64,000 bases of DNA. It comes from Octopus sinensis. Its lineage: Eukaryota. This document shows, piece after piece, positions 52,835 through 64,000 of this stretch. The notes beneath the pieces were generated by a model. That model searched no databases and was not told the origin of the DNA. It worked only from the letters and a program-made list of their open reading frames with translations. Position 1 is the first letter of the stretch. Every line of letters starts with the position of its first letter. The stretch is from contig NC_042997.1 of the NCBI RefSeq assembly GCF_006345805.1, forward strand, positions 184,822,001 through 184,886,000, in the 5' to 3' direction. The translations under genes were made by a program, and so were the position numbers.

Positions 52835-53050
52835 TGTATGTATGTATGTATGTATGTATGCATGCATATTATATATATATATATATGCGTGTGTGTGTTC
52901 CTGCGTGTATTACTCTGAAGATTCCTAAGTTTCAAGCATTGCACATCCCAATTTACGAATAAAATTTTATATTAGGCTCATGTATTGAGTCCTCTTTCTC
53001 TTCCTATGAATGTATGTATGCATGTATGTACGCATGTGTGTATATGTATG

Positions 53051-53099
<49 letters not shown>

Positions 53100-53409
53100 G
53101 TATACATACGTACATACATACATACATACATACATATACATACATACATATACGTGTGTACATGCTTATGTGTGCATGCACATAACTAGATCAAAAAGTT
53201 TGCAAAACGTGAAGAACTCTAGTAATTGCTTCGACAGAGATTCTGTTTGACAAATTAGTGCACCAATGTCTGTTGGATTGTTCTATCGACAGATAAGACT
53301 GCTGCAATGGCATCCGAAGAACTTAAAATGCTTCTACAGAGCCAGAAGGAGAGAAATATACTGATGAGAGAGAAAGACAGAGTGAGTTGTGCATAAGTGA
53401 CAGGGAGTC

Positions 53410-53440
<31 letters not shown>

Positions 53441-53964
53441 GAGAAAGAGAGAGAGATGGGAAGAATATAAAATAGGAAGTTTCTGGGTGAGAAAGCAAAT
53501 AAGCGTTTACTCACAAACGCAAATGTATGTGTAAATATATATCAGCCCCATTCAGAGTACAGCACAATAATATCATGAACATCATCACTAGGTTTTTCGT
53601 CTTCAGTAATATTTCGAACGGTACAATTTTATATCTACGAACCATCATGAAGTACAGGAAAAGCGACATTTGAAATATACGTCTATTCATACGCACACAT
53701 ATATATGCACTTGCGTGTGTGAAAGTGTGTATGTGTTAATGTTTACATGTGTGCGCATATTTATGTATGTATGTTAAAATTCATCTGTTAGATGTAGGAA
53801 GAGAGCAAAAGTGTCCTATTAGAAATAAAAAAAGTTTCAAACACACTCAGACACATGCACGCAGGCATGCACACATACACATACACATGTATGTCCGTAA
53901 ATATATGTGTATGTATATAAATGTATATATTTATGTGTTTTGTAAAAAGTTTTCTTTCATCGAC

Positions 53965-54130
53965 ATGTCCCCACTTTATGGCACCTTAGACGATTGTCTT
54001 CAATTGCTCCGAGCCGAAAATGCCTTTTGAGTAGATTTGCTGGACACGGAGTCTGAAAGAAGCCCGTCGCATATATACATATGTTGCATGTATGTATGTA
54101 ACTATGTATGTATGTATGTATGCATGTATG

Positions 54131-54164
<34 letters not shown>

Positions 54165-54445
54165 TGTATGTATGTATGTATGTATGTATGTATTTATGTG
54201 TGTATATATATATGTATATAAATGCGCTCTTTTTAAAGCCTTGTTAGGCTCATGGGCCCGGTTTCCTGGGCAACCGGTGTTGGTGCATTTATGTCCCCAT
54301 AACTTGGAATTTCGGCAAAAAAATCCCATGGAATAAGTACCATGTTTTAAAACAAAGAGTACTGGGGTCGTTTCGTTCGACTAAAATTCTTCAAGGCGGC
54401 GCTTCACCATGATTGCATTCCAATGACCGATACAAGTTTAAGGTA
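53965..54445 (+). mobile_element. SINE family A, old diverged copy with expanded (TATG)n
   Basis: TCCCCACT..GGCACCTT..CTGAAAGAAGCCCGTCG, then GAATAAGTACC..CTGGGGTCG..TTCGACTAAA..GGCGG. Confidence 0.75.
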
Positions 54446-54491
54446 ATACATATATATATGTGTGTGTGTTGTGTGTGTGTGTGTGTGTGTT

Positions 54492-54712
54492 TGGACGTGT
54501 GGCTTAGTGGCTAGAGTGTTGGGCTCATGATCGTAGGATTGTGGTTTCGATTCCTAGACTGGGCGACGAGTTGTGTTCTTGAGCAAAACACTTCATTTCA
54601 CGTTGCTGTAGTCCACTCACTAGGCCAAAATAAGTAATCGTGTGACGAACGGTGCCCCGTCAATGTGGGGAATATATACGCCATTGAAACCGGGAAACCG
54701 GTGTGGCTCGAG
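54492..54712 (+). mobile_element. tRNA-derived SINE (family C-related)
   Basis: A box TGGCTTAGTGG, B box GTTTCGATTCC, TTGTGTTCTTGAGCAAAACACTT block. Confidence 0.8.
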
Positions 54713-55205
54713 AAAAAATATTATATATATATATGTACTCACACTTCGAGCACTTGTCATGTAACCTATTACCGTAAATTGAATAAAGTATATTAAACTA
54801 TTTTTCGCTCTGGGCCCAATGATACGCCTTAGATTTTAAGCGCGATTTATTCACTCTTCTTTTTACTAGTTGATTGTCTCTTTGTTGACTGTTTTTAATA
54901 TCCGGATTCAAAAATATTTTGCATCTTTACTACCTTCATGAATATTTCCCCGTAATCTACTGACTACATTTTAATTTCCGGATCCTAAAAAATCCCTGCA
55001 CTTTTCGGTATTAAAGATTTTTTGTAATGCATTGTCAGTAACCCGGCTACAAAATTTTACCGAAAATGTTACCGATTTTTCTTTCACATTATTTCATTTT
55101 TTTTTTAGTTTAAAGAAAATTTAAGATATTTCATATATTCTAATACTTTTTAAAATTCTGTTATATAAGTTATATACGCTCGAGTGTACATGTACACATG
55201 TATGT

Positions 55206-55248
<43 letters not shown>

Positions 55249-55309
55249 AATATAAATGATATATAAATATATGCATATATACATCTATACAGGACATCAA
55301 AAAACGATA

Positions 55310-55342
<33 letters not shown>

Positions 55343-56057
55343 GGTTATCCGTAATAATGAAGGGTGAAATTAATTAATTTGGAATAATTATCAATTACAC
55401 CAAGTAGTCTTCGGCATGTAAAAGCCTCATTCGAGGAAAATTTAAGTAATACTAAGCAATAAAGGGTTTAGCAACGAATTGCCTTACCACATACCGAATT
55501 TAGAAATAGCAGTCAAAGAGTTATAGCTATTTCTTCTACTAAAAAGGGAGATCTCAGTAAAAACAGCAATTGGAAGGCAGACACAAAAAGGTAAGAGAGA
55601 ATGAATTGACGGCAATCTATCATACATTTTTAAGTTATCTACGGACGTACGTTTCGAAATCAAGTTTTTAGGAAAGCATAAGAATTAAATATTAAATATT
55701 AAATAATTCTATCTTACCGAAACTTCTTTTCTCTTCAGCGTAGAATACTATAATCATAAATGATTATATATTGAATTTTGAGATACTAGAAGGCACCAAC
55801 ACAACTCAGTATCAGAGCGAGCTAGAATCCGCAACTAGTATCACCGAATTCAATGTGTGAATGAAACGATTGTGTCACCAGCCCCTTCCCACCCGCGTGT
55901 AGCCAAAACAAGATGCTGTGGTCATCTTCCAATTGCTGTTTTTACTGAGATCTCCCTTTTTAGTAGAAGAAATAGCTATAACTCTTTGACTGCTATTTCT
56001 AAATTCGGTATGTGGTAAGGCAATTCGTTGCTAAACCCTTTATTACTTAGTATTACT

Positions 56058-56058
<1 letters not shown>
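55343..56058 (-). mobile_element. Non-coding fold-back element with 133-bp inverted arms (55444-55576/55926-56058) enclosing a hammerhead; in (TA)n
   Basis: Arms match 132/133. One arm extends ~100 bp further. (TA)n on both sides. Confidence 0.85.
55638..55744 (-). ncRNA. Type I hammerhead ribozyme motif with 76-nt helix II
   Basis: Minus strand UCUACG-CUGAAGA-[GAAA..AAGUUU..AGAAUUA / UAAUUCU..AAACUU..UUUC]-GAAA-CGUACG-UC-CGUAGA: 6-bp helix I, G-C closing pair of helix II, palindromic helix III, GUC triplet. Confidence 0.85.
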
Positions 56059-56091
<33 letters not shown>

Positions 56092-56129
56092 ATATATATA
56101 TAATATATATATAATATATATATGCATAT

Positions 56130-56296
56130 ATGTAGGGAGAATTCACAAAAAACAAACGTCAAAGACAGGTGGTGTAGATAACAATCAGATGTATTAGGAT
56201 AACGCTCGGTAAGCGAAAAGTCGTTAACGTTTCCACAGAAAGGAACACCGAAAGAAACAAGGAGAGAAAAGAAATAATGTGTAGTGGCTAGCAACA
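56130..56296 (-). mobile_element. Relative of the 17.0-17.2 kb element with the hammerhead core deleted
   Basis: ACGCTC.G.AA..TTAACGTTTC..CAGAAA order conserved, but the helix II/CUGANGA segment is missing. Confidence 0.55.
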
Positions 56297-57119
56297 TATA
56301 TATATATATTATATATATATATATATATATAATATATATATATATATAAGAAGACAATGCACAAGAGATAATTTCGTAGCCTTATTAAGTATAATCGAAA
56401 TTCAACTACTCAATATGATTCGTAACAAAATTACATAACAAAAATTCAATTGTTCATGAGGTTTTCCAGTAAAAAAAAAAAGATGATGAAACTTCAAATG
56501 TCCGATTAATACCATATCAACAATGCGTGATAGACATTTGCAATTTCAATGATATTCATAGCAATAAAGTACGTTAGTATTGGTTTTGAAGATTTTAATG
56601 TATATACTTTATCACATGAGTGATAAAAGGAAAGAATATGATATCATCAAGCTTTTAGCCGACCGGGACATCAGAAAATAAAGTGGCGCTCGGATTTTCC
56701 ATGCTTTTTTTTTTAAATCGCACATAATTAGCCTACTCCTTCCTCTCATGTTTTTTCATATTTCTCGATTGTTATATACTTCCAACTAATCCAATCCATC
56801 TCTGCTGTACTGACTCCCTTTTCTGCCTCCTTCCTTGTCCTCCTTTATTTTCTCCGAGAGAAAGGTTGATTGTTTGTTTATATATTTGACATATTCAGCT
56901 ATTTCAGTAAAGCTCCTGTGAATCAAGAAAAATTCTTATCGTGTCTTGTTTCTGCTTTATATTTTCCAATGGATTCTCGATATCAATCTTTTTGTTTATG
57001 CGTGTTTTGAATATATTCCCAAAAACCTTCACAATCATCCGATGATCGGAAAGGAAACTCTCAGTACAATCTATGTTCAAACTAAATCTTCTTTTTCTTC
57101 TTTGTTCTTACTAATATAA

Positions 57120-57475
57120 CTACATACATACATAGACACACACGCATACATACATACATACATACATACATACATACATACATACATACATACATACATA
57201 CATACATACACACGCATACACACGCATACACACATACATACATACACACATACATACATACACACATACACACATACACACATACATACACACACACACA
57301 TACATACATACATACACACACATACATACATACACACACATACATACATACATACATTCATACATACATACATATATACATATATACATACATACATACA
57401 TACATACGTACGTACATCCATCCATCCATACGTACGTACATACATACATACATACATACATACATACATGCATAC
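57120..57475. repeat. (CATA)n/(CA)n compound microsatellite
   Basis: Direct inspection. Confidence 0.95.
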
Positions 57476-58060
57476 AGAATAAAGAAATACAGATGTGATC
57501 AAATGCATTCTAGACATGACCATCCTGACTTATCAGACATATTTTATCTCGTAGTACATTATAATAATATTTTCTCTTTTTGTCTCCCGAAAGACTTCTG
57601 CCTGTAGTTTGTAGGGAATGTTGCATTTATCAGATCAAGTGACTGTGTACATACTGCATCATTGGCTCTTAACTCAAAGGATATAATTTATGAAACACAA
57701 GAAGATATTCGGTTGGAAATCATCTTTTAACTGTTCACAGGCTTCTGAAAATAGCCGTATTGTTGACAATAAAAAAAAATGCGGTTAAAGAAAACGAGTT
57801 CTAAACGTGAAAAAAACACAAAACATAACCGGACTCAAATACACCCAAGGCAGTAATATATGAAACAGAAACATCGAGATTAAAATAAAGAATTTGGGTT
57901 TCAGTTACATCTGATGCTGCTTTTAGCTCCTCCTTTGCAATATCTTTTGGTGTATATATTTTTATATTTACAACTCGTATATACATACATATATGCGTGT
58001 GTGTGTATATGTATTTTATGTATGTATGTTTTTATATATGTATGTATGTATATATATAGG

Positions 58061-58100
<40 letters not shown>

Positions 58101-58949
58101 CAATATATGTATGTATGTGTCTATTTGGAGGCTGCTAGACTAACAATATTGTGTCTGGGCATTAAAGGAAAAAAAAAATGGTGTGGAAACCGGGACAACC
58201 TCAGTTAAATAGACAAATAAAGCAGAGAAATAAATATTTACTTATCATAAAAAGAATCTATATCTGGAACAATTACAGCACCATTAATAGAGTCATTCCG
58301 CAGACGATGTTTTCGCTTGACAATTAAAACCTCTATTTTATAACACCGCGATACTTGCTTTCAATGTCCTATGTTGTACCTTGTTGTATGTAGTTCTTTC
58401 TCCGTTCTATTTTTGGTAGGACGCTGTACAGCAAAATATACATATAAATAATAAAAAAAAGAAAAGCAACAATGAAACCATAAAACGTGTTGTCCAAGTA
58501 AAAGAAGACTATTTTAATAGGTGCTAAAATGGCAAGTTTAATGTTCTCCTTCAGATAGTGTTTATGTTGTTTTATATTTTCATTTAGCTGATATTGCTTT
58601 TAAGGTTGTTGTGTATGTTGTGTAGGCGTGATTTTGGAAACCTATCATGAAATATATTCCAGAAATGACCATCTCGCCTTTCTATATATATTAAGGACTA
58701 TGTTATTCAATGCCTACTGGATTTTTTAAGACATGATGAGATTTGGTGGAAATGAGTTTACTATTTCCAGCAGTTTCACAAAACGCATAGAGGTACAGAT
58801 AAATGTATCTGACACCTTTCTACAGCTTATATTTACTCATTTCACTTTTTCATATGGAAGGCTAGAGTCAGCTCGAGACAATAGCGAAAGACATTTGGCC
58901 AAAATTCTTCAGAGTAGGATCGAAAACAGGACTTCAAGATAGAAACACG

Positions 58950-59800
58950 AACGTCATAACACTTCATATATTAAGTTTCAAAAATAGTTGATCATTGGGA
59001 TGGTCCATATTGATCTATCCACAAAACGAATTTCCATAACATAGACAAACATTTAAAAAATATTTTAGAAATATTAAAAACATTTTTCAAATATTTGATT
59101 TAAAAGAACACGACAGAGACTCGAAAATATAAAATTCCCTAGGTACAACACTTGCCTAGGTACAACATTGGAGAACTTCTACATATTTTACCAACCAACA
59201 AATATATAACATATATGAATAGGAACTCCAACCATCCGGTCACAATAATACAATACATTATAGGCAATTTTCTCATACGCATATCTAATCTATTATCTAA
59301 CAGAAAAATATATGCTAGCGTCATCCTATACTCTAGTGAATGTAGATGATATCAATCTAGAAATACATAAAACCAACATCAAATGATACCTAACATTGTC
59401 ACAAAAATGTTATGTGGTATTATAGTTAACCTCATAGTTTAAATGTATGCATAAATGTTGGTAGGACTTTTCGTATACAAATATATACATACTTCTTCAT
59501 TCCATATCTATGACAGAAAATCTTCCACAAAACCAACCGTTTCAAGGTCAACATATCATCTAGCCAAAGACTAAAATATCTATAAATACGACATATACAA
59601 AAACAAAAACACGTGTAGGGGGCTAAACTAGGCACTCATTGGATAGAAAATGGTTGTAAAAAAATGATATCTTGAGGAAATGCAGATTCATCAATAGACT
59701 GCAATGTTGAAGCGTACATCGCGTTAACCAGGAATACTCCTAATGATATACACACATACAGCACATCGAATCTTTATGATCCAGTTTCAAGTACAATGAT
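58950..59800 (+). mobile_element. Degraded Penelope-like element (RT thumb to Cys linker)
   Basis: YMNRNSNHPVTIIQYI..RISNLLS (SNHP..RIS motif), then frameshifted KNVMWY..NVGRTF and KIFHK..FKV. Confidence 0.65.
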
Positions 59801-60156
59801 ACATACGTTTTGAAATTACTTTGTCGTTTATCTTTTTTTTTTTAGATAAATAGAAAAAAGTAACAAGCATTCAATTAAATGTAGCTTTGATGTAAAAGCA
59901 AAAGCATTCAACGCCGGTTAGCCACTGTTAACTATGTGCCAGAGCAAACAAACACAACATCTAAAGATTCAGAACTAGAACTTACCTGGCTATATTTTGC
60001 ATATATGGTAGAAAAAAAAAAAACCTTTCTCGTCACGCCTCAATTTAATTCAATACAAGCATCAAGCTTAAGATATTTTTAAGATGACTGGAATTTTGAA
60101 TGGCACACTGTTTGAACGTACGTCTGACATAAGTTGTATCAAGTAGTAGTTCTATG

Positions 60157-60680
60157 CAGCGCTTCTTAAACGAAATGCTGGGTCGCAAAAATTAAATTCA
60201 AACACTTGAATTTCAGTTTAAATGTTATTTCACAAACGCACGATATTTAACGTTATGTACCACATTCCTATGTGAAACGACATTTTTTTTTTTAGCTTTA
60301 ACCCTTATTAAAACCAAATATCGTTGAACGCTGAAAAACGTAGATGTTTTACATTCAGCAGTATCAAATACTACACCAAGGTTTAATTTGTTAAGCAACA
60401 AAAAAAACAAAATATCCCCCCACATTCATTTTAACTTTGGTTTATTCTTGTACTCGAAACATTTACTTTAGTTTATTTACGCACTTAAAACAAATGCTAA
60501 AATTACTTTTATTTTTAATGGTATATTGTTCAGCCCCCCCCCCCCCCCCCCCCCCAAAAAAAACAAATTATTATTTACGCATTTCTTTGTATGTTTTATT
60601 TCATATTTAATACCCGGGGTCGCGAAAAATCACGTGATGAAAAAATAGGGTCATGAATGAAATAAGTGTAAGAAACGCTG
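60157..60680. mobile_element. hAT-type MITE
   Basis: TIRs CAGCGCTTCTTAAAC / GTGTAAGAAACGCTG (13/15), internal GGGTCGC motifs. TSD not recognisable. Confidence 0.7.
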
Positions 60681-60696
60681 GGCGGAGAGAAAGTAT

Positions 60697-60748
60697 GGAA
60701 CCATGTGGCTGGGAAGTAATCTTCTTACCACACAGCCACGGCTGCGCC
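60697..60748 (-). mobile_element. SINE family A head fragment
   Basis: GGAACCATGTGG..CTTACCACACAGCCAC..GCGCC. Confidence 0.75.
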
Positions 60749-61191
60749 TATATATCTCTATAATGTAGATAGGATTAAAATCCAAACTGTCCCCTCTTGA
60801 AACACATCTGCGTTTTCCAGTATTCCAAATCTGTTTCTAGATGTTATATTTGCGTGAGGTATGCATAACAGTTGAAAATTTGGAAAATATTTTCCTATGA
60901 AGTAATTATATATTAAAACAGGAGAGTGAAAAAAATGTTATGGTATTATTCATTCACCAATACAGATGTTCCATTTGCTAAACAAATCTGTAACTGTTTC
61001 TGTTCGAAAAAAAACATGTTGGATATCTCCTACAAGTTCAATTTTGTAACTCCTATTAGCAAATGAACAATGTGTAATAGTGAATAAATAATATCTAGAA
61101 TTCATTCAATCTCCTGGTCTGACACACACACACACACACACACAGACACACACACACACACATACACACACACACACGCACACGCACAAGC

Positions 61192-61229
<38 letters not shown>

Positions 61230-61275
61230 GCAAACACACACACAGATTATATATAATACAGTATGTATGTATGTG

Positions 61276-61488
61276 TGGAGGCACATGGCCTAGGGGTTAG
61301 AGCAGCGAACTCGCGGTCGAGGGTTCGAATCTCGGACCGGGCGATGTGTGTGTTTATGAGCGAAACACCTTAGCTCCATGCGGCTCCAGCAGATGGTAAT
61401 GGCGAACTTCTGCTGACTCTTTCACTACAACTTTCTCTCACTCTTTCCTCCTGCATCTTGCAGCTCACCTGCGACGGACCAGCGTCCC
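61276..61488 (+). mobile_element. SINE family C
   Basis: A box TGGCCTAGGGG, B box GGTTCGAATC, body shared with the 39.4-kb copy, ends CCTGCGACGGACCAGCGTCCC. Confidence 0.8.
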
Positions 61489-62377
61489 TTATGCTTGAGA
61501 AGGAACAAACAATGTATGTATGTGACTGTCCGTCACTCTTTCTTCGTCTCTAAACAGAAGTGAAAGACGGAGTGAGTTAGATTGTCAGAGATAGTAAAAA
61601 CGACTTAAATCTGCATACAAATACAAGTAGAATCATCCACATTAATGTGTGTATGAGGATTTAAGTGTACATATGTGACTATATACTAACAAGCAACAGT
61701 GTCACGTGCTTAACATGTATCCTTATGTCACTATTGTAGCAATAAACTATTAGTTCAGCTTATGTCTTGAACTACGAAGCCTCTTACCAAAATCTGAGGA
61801 TTGTGATTTGTTTCCTGACCTTTGTCTTTATGTTTGTTCAGATGTTGGCATGTCTTTGACCTCCTCGTCAACTAAACATAACAAAAACCGTTTGAAATCA
61901 CGTTACTACCACCTATAGGTAATTACGTTCTTTTGAACACTTACGAACACACACAGACACTTACACACACACACAGACACGCGCTTCTACTCACACATAT
62001 GTATTTATACTTATATATACATACAATCAGAAAGAAGTTTTTATGGGAAGTAATACGAAAGTGGTTATACATTAAACCATCAATACGTCATACATGTATA
62101 TACACAAACACACACACACATACACACACACAGTCACACCCATACAGGCATTCCCACACACAAACAAGCACAAAGACAGACCAAACATTGAAATATATCC
62201 ACATAGTCGCATATACACACATTAAGCTAACAGACATTTAAAAGACATCAAACCGAAGAACAAGTGAAGTAGTTTTGGACAGTAACTTATTAACATTGAA
62301 TGACAATACGTTTTCTGAGTATTTCTCCTTTATGCAATGTTTAATTGTATGTATGTATATATGTATATATGTGTATA

Positions 62378-62767
62378 TCTTTATATATAAAAGTGAAGTT
62401 GTGTGTCTGTCTCCTACGATTTAGATTCCTAACTACTCCCACATTTTGCGGTGCAGTTTAACCAAAAGTTATAGTCGTGATTCATATCGAGCCCTTCTGG
62501 GTATTAGCGCGCGTCTACGATGAGTCTACGATTTAAAAAATAATTTACGATCATTTTTTTCCATTCTAATGCATTTTTTCGCTATTATATAAGGGAAGTA
62601 ACTCTCTAAAAATGTCTACGATAAGTCAATGATTAAAAAAAAAATTTACCATAATTTTTTTTCTATTTTTAATGCATTTTTTTGCTATTTTTTGGCTATA
62701 ACTCTCTTAAAGTGCTTATATAGTTATTTCCCTTACAAACCCGAGCAACGCCGGGCGATACTGCTAG
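62378..62767 (+). mobile_element. Non-autonomous Helitron
   Basis: A|TCTTTATATATAAAAG 5' end, internal ~100-bp direct repeat, 3' CCCGAGCAACGCCGGGCGATACTGCTAG|T. Confidence 0.88.
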
Positions 62768-62799
62768 TGTTTGTATATATGTATCTTTGTATGTATATA

Positions 62800-63205
62800 G
62801 GTGTAGGAGAGGCTGTGTGCTAAGTAGCTTGTTTACCAGCCACATGGTTCCGGGTTCAGTCCCACTGCGTGGCTCCTTGGGCAAGTATCTTCTACTATAG
62901 CCCCGGGCCGACCAAAGCCTTGTGACTGGATTTGGAAGACAGAAACTGAAAGAAACCTGTCGTATATATGTATATATATATATGTGTGTGTGTATGCTTG
63001 TGTGTCTGTGTTTGTCCCTCTAACATAGCTTGACAACCGATGCTGGTGTATTTACGTCGCCGTAACATAGCGGTTCGGCAAAGAAGCCAATAGAATACGT
63101 ACTAGGCTTACAAAGAATAAGTCCTGGGGTGGATTTGCTCGACTAAAGGCAGTGCTCCAGCACGGCTACAGTCGAATGACTGAAACAAATAAAAGAGTAA
63201 AAGAG
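62800..63205 (+). mobile_element. SINE family A, full length, followed by long (TATG)n to ~63540
   Basis: All family A blocks are present. Confidence 0.92.
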
Positions 63206-63303
63206 TAAAAGTATGCATGTATGTATGTATGTATGTATGTATGTATGTATGTATGTATGTTTGTATATATGTATGTATGTATGCATGTACGTACGTATGT
63301 ATG

Positions 63304-63351
<48 letters not shown>

Positions 63352-63812
63352 TGTATGCATGAATGTATGTATGTACATGTATGTATGTATGTATGTATGT
63401 ATGTATGTATGTATTATGTATGTATTATGTATGTATGTATGTATGTATGTATTATGTATGTATGTATGTATGCATGTGTGTATGCATTTGTGTATGCAGT
63501 GTGTATGCAGGTGTGTATACATGTGTGTATGCATGTAGTTATGTGTTCATGTGCGTCCGCTTGCCTTTATACGTTTATGTTCGCGTGTAAATGTGCATCC
63601 TTGCTTTTATTTATTTTTTCTGTAAATTTCGTTGCTAAAAGTTAGAAATGGCTTTGCAATTGATAAATGACTTTCTTCTTATATCAGTGGAATATCACAA
63701 GGGTAAAGAACCCCTTCGGTCATGAATGACCACAGGATTGTATCTAGAAAGTTCCCCCTAAGAAGAACAAATCCGGGGAAGGTTGTTTATGAAATATCAG
63801 TAATATCAGTAA

Positions 63813-63974
63813 GCGTAGGAGTGGCTGTGTGGTAAGTAGCTTGCTTACGGACCACACGGTTCCGGATTCAGTCCCACTACGTGGCACCTTGGACAAGTGT
63901 CTTCTACTATAGCCTCAGGCCGACCAAAGCCTTGTGAGTGGATTTGGTAGACGGAAACTGAAAGAGGCCCGTCG
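63813..63974 (+). mobile_element. SINE family A 5' half (runs into (TA)n at the window end)
   Basis: Head and body match the other copies. Confidence 0.9.
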
Positions 63975-64000
63975 TATTTATATATATATATATATTATAT

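Noticed and set aside
53361-53380. CTGATGAGAGAGAAA hammerhead-like string
   Set aside because: No helix II, III or I pairing; lies in a GA-rich low-complexity tract

Overview
AT-rich, microsatellite-dense animal DNA, most likely octopus/cephalopod (inferred from the tRNA-derived SINE families and repeat landscape, not verified). No host protein-coding exon can be supported, and nearly all ORFs in the supplied track are translations of (TA)n/(CA)n/(TATG)n repeats. The window is a transposon mosaic. It holds one nearly intact R4/Dong-type RLE LINE (47.4-51.3 kb) in (TAA)n, with other Dong remnants nearby, a HERO-like LINE fragment, two Penelope-like RT remnants, Tc1/mariner remnants, two hAT-type MITEs, four Helitron derivatives and more than 20 SINE copies of three families. 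The most notable signal is a set of short non-coding fold-back elements inserted in (TA)n tracts (1.6, 7.2, 43.3-44.3 and 55.3-56.1 kb). Two of them carry type I hammerhead ribozyme motifs with palindromic helix III and an unusually long (69-76 nt) helix II. One has two hammerheads in inverted orientation. A separate (TA)n-inserted element at 17.1 kb carries a compact hammerhead. These look like non-autonomous Penelope-pLTR/retrozyme-like elements.
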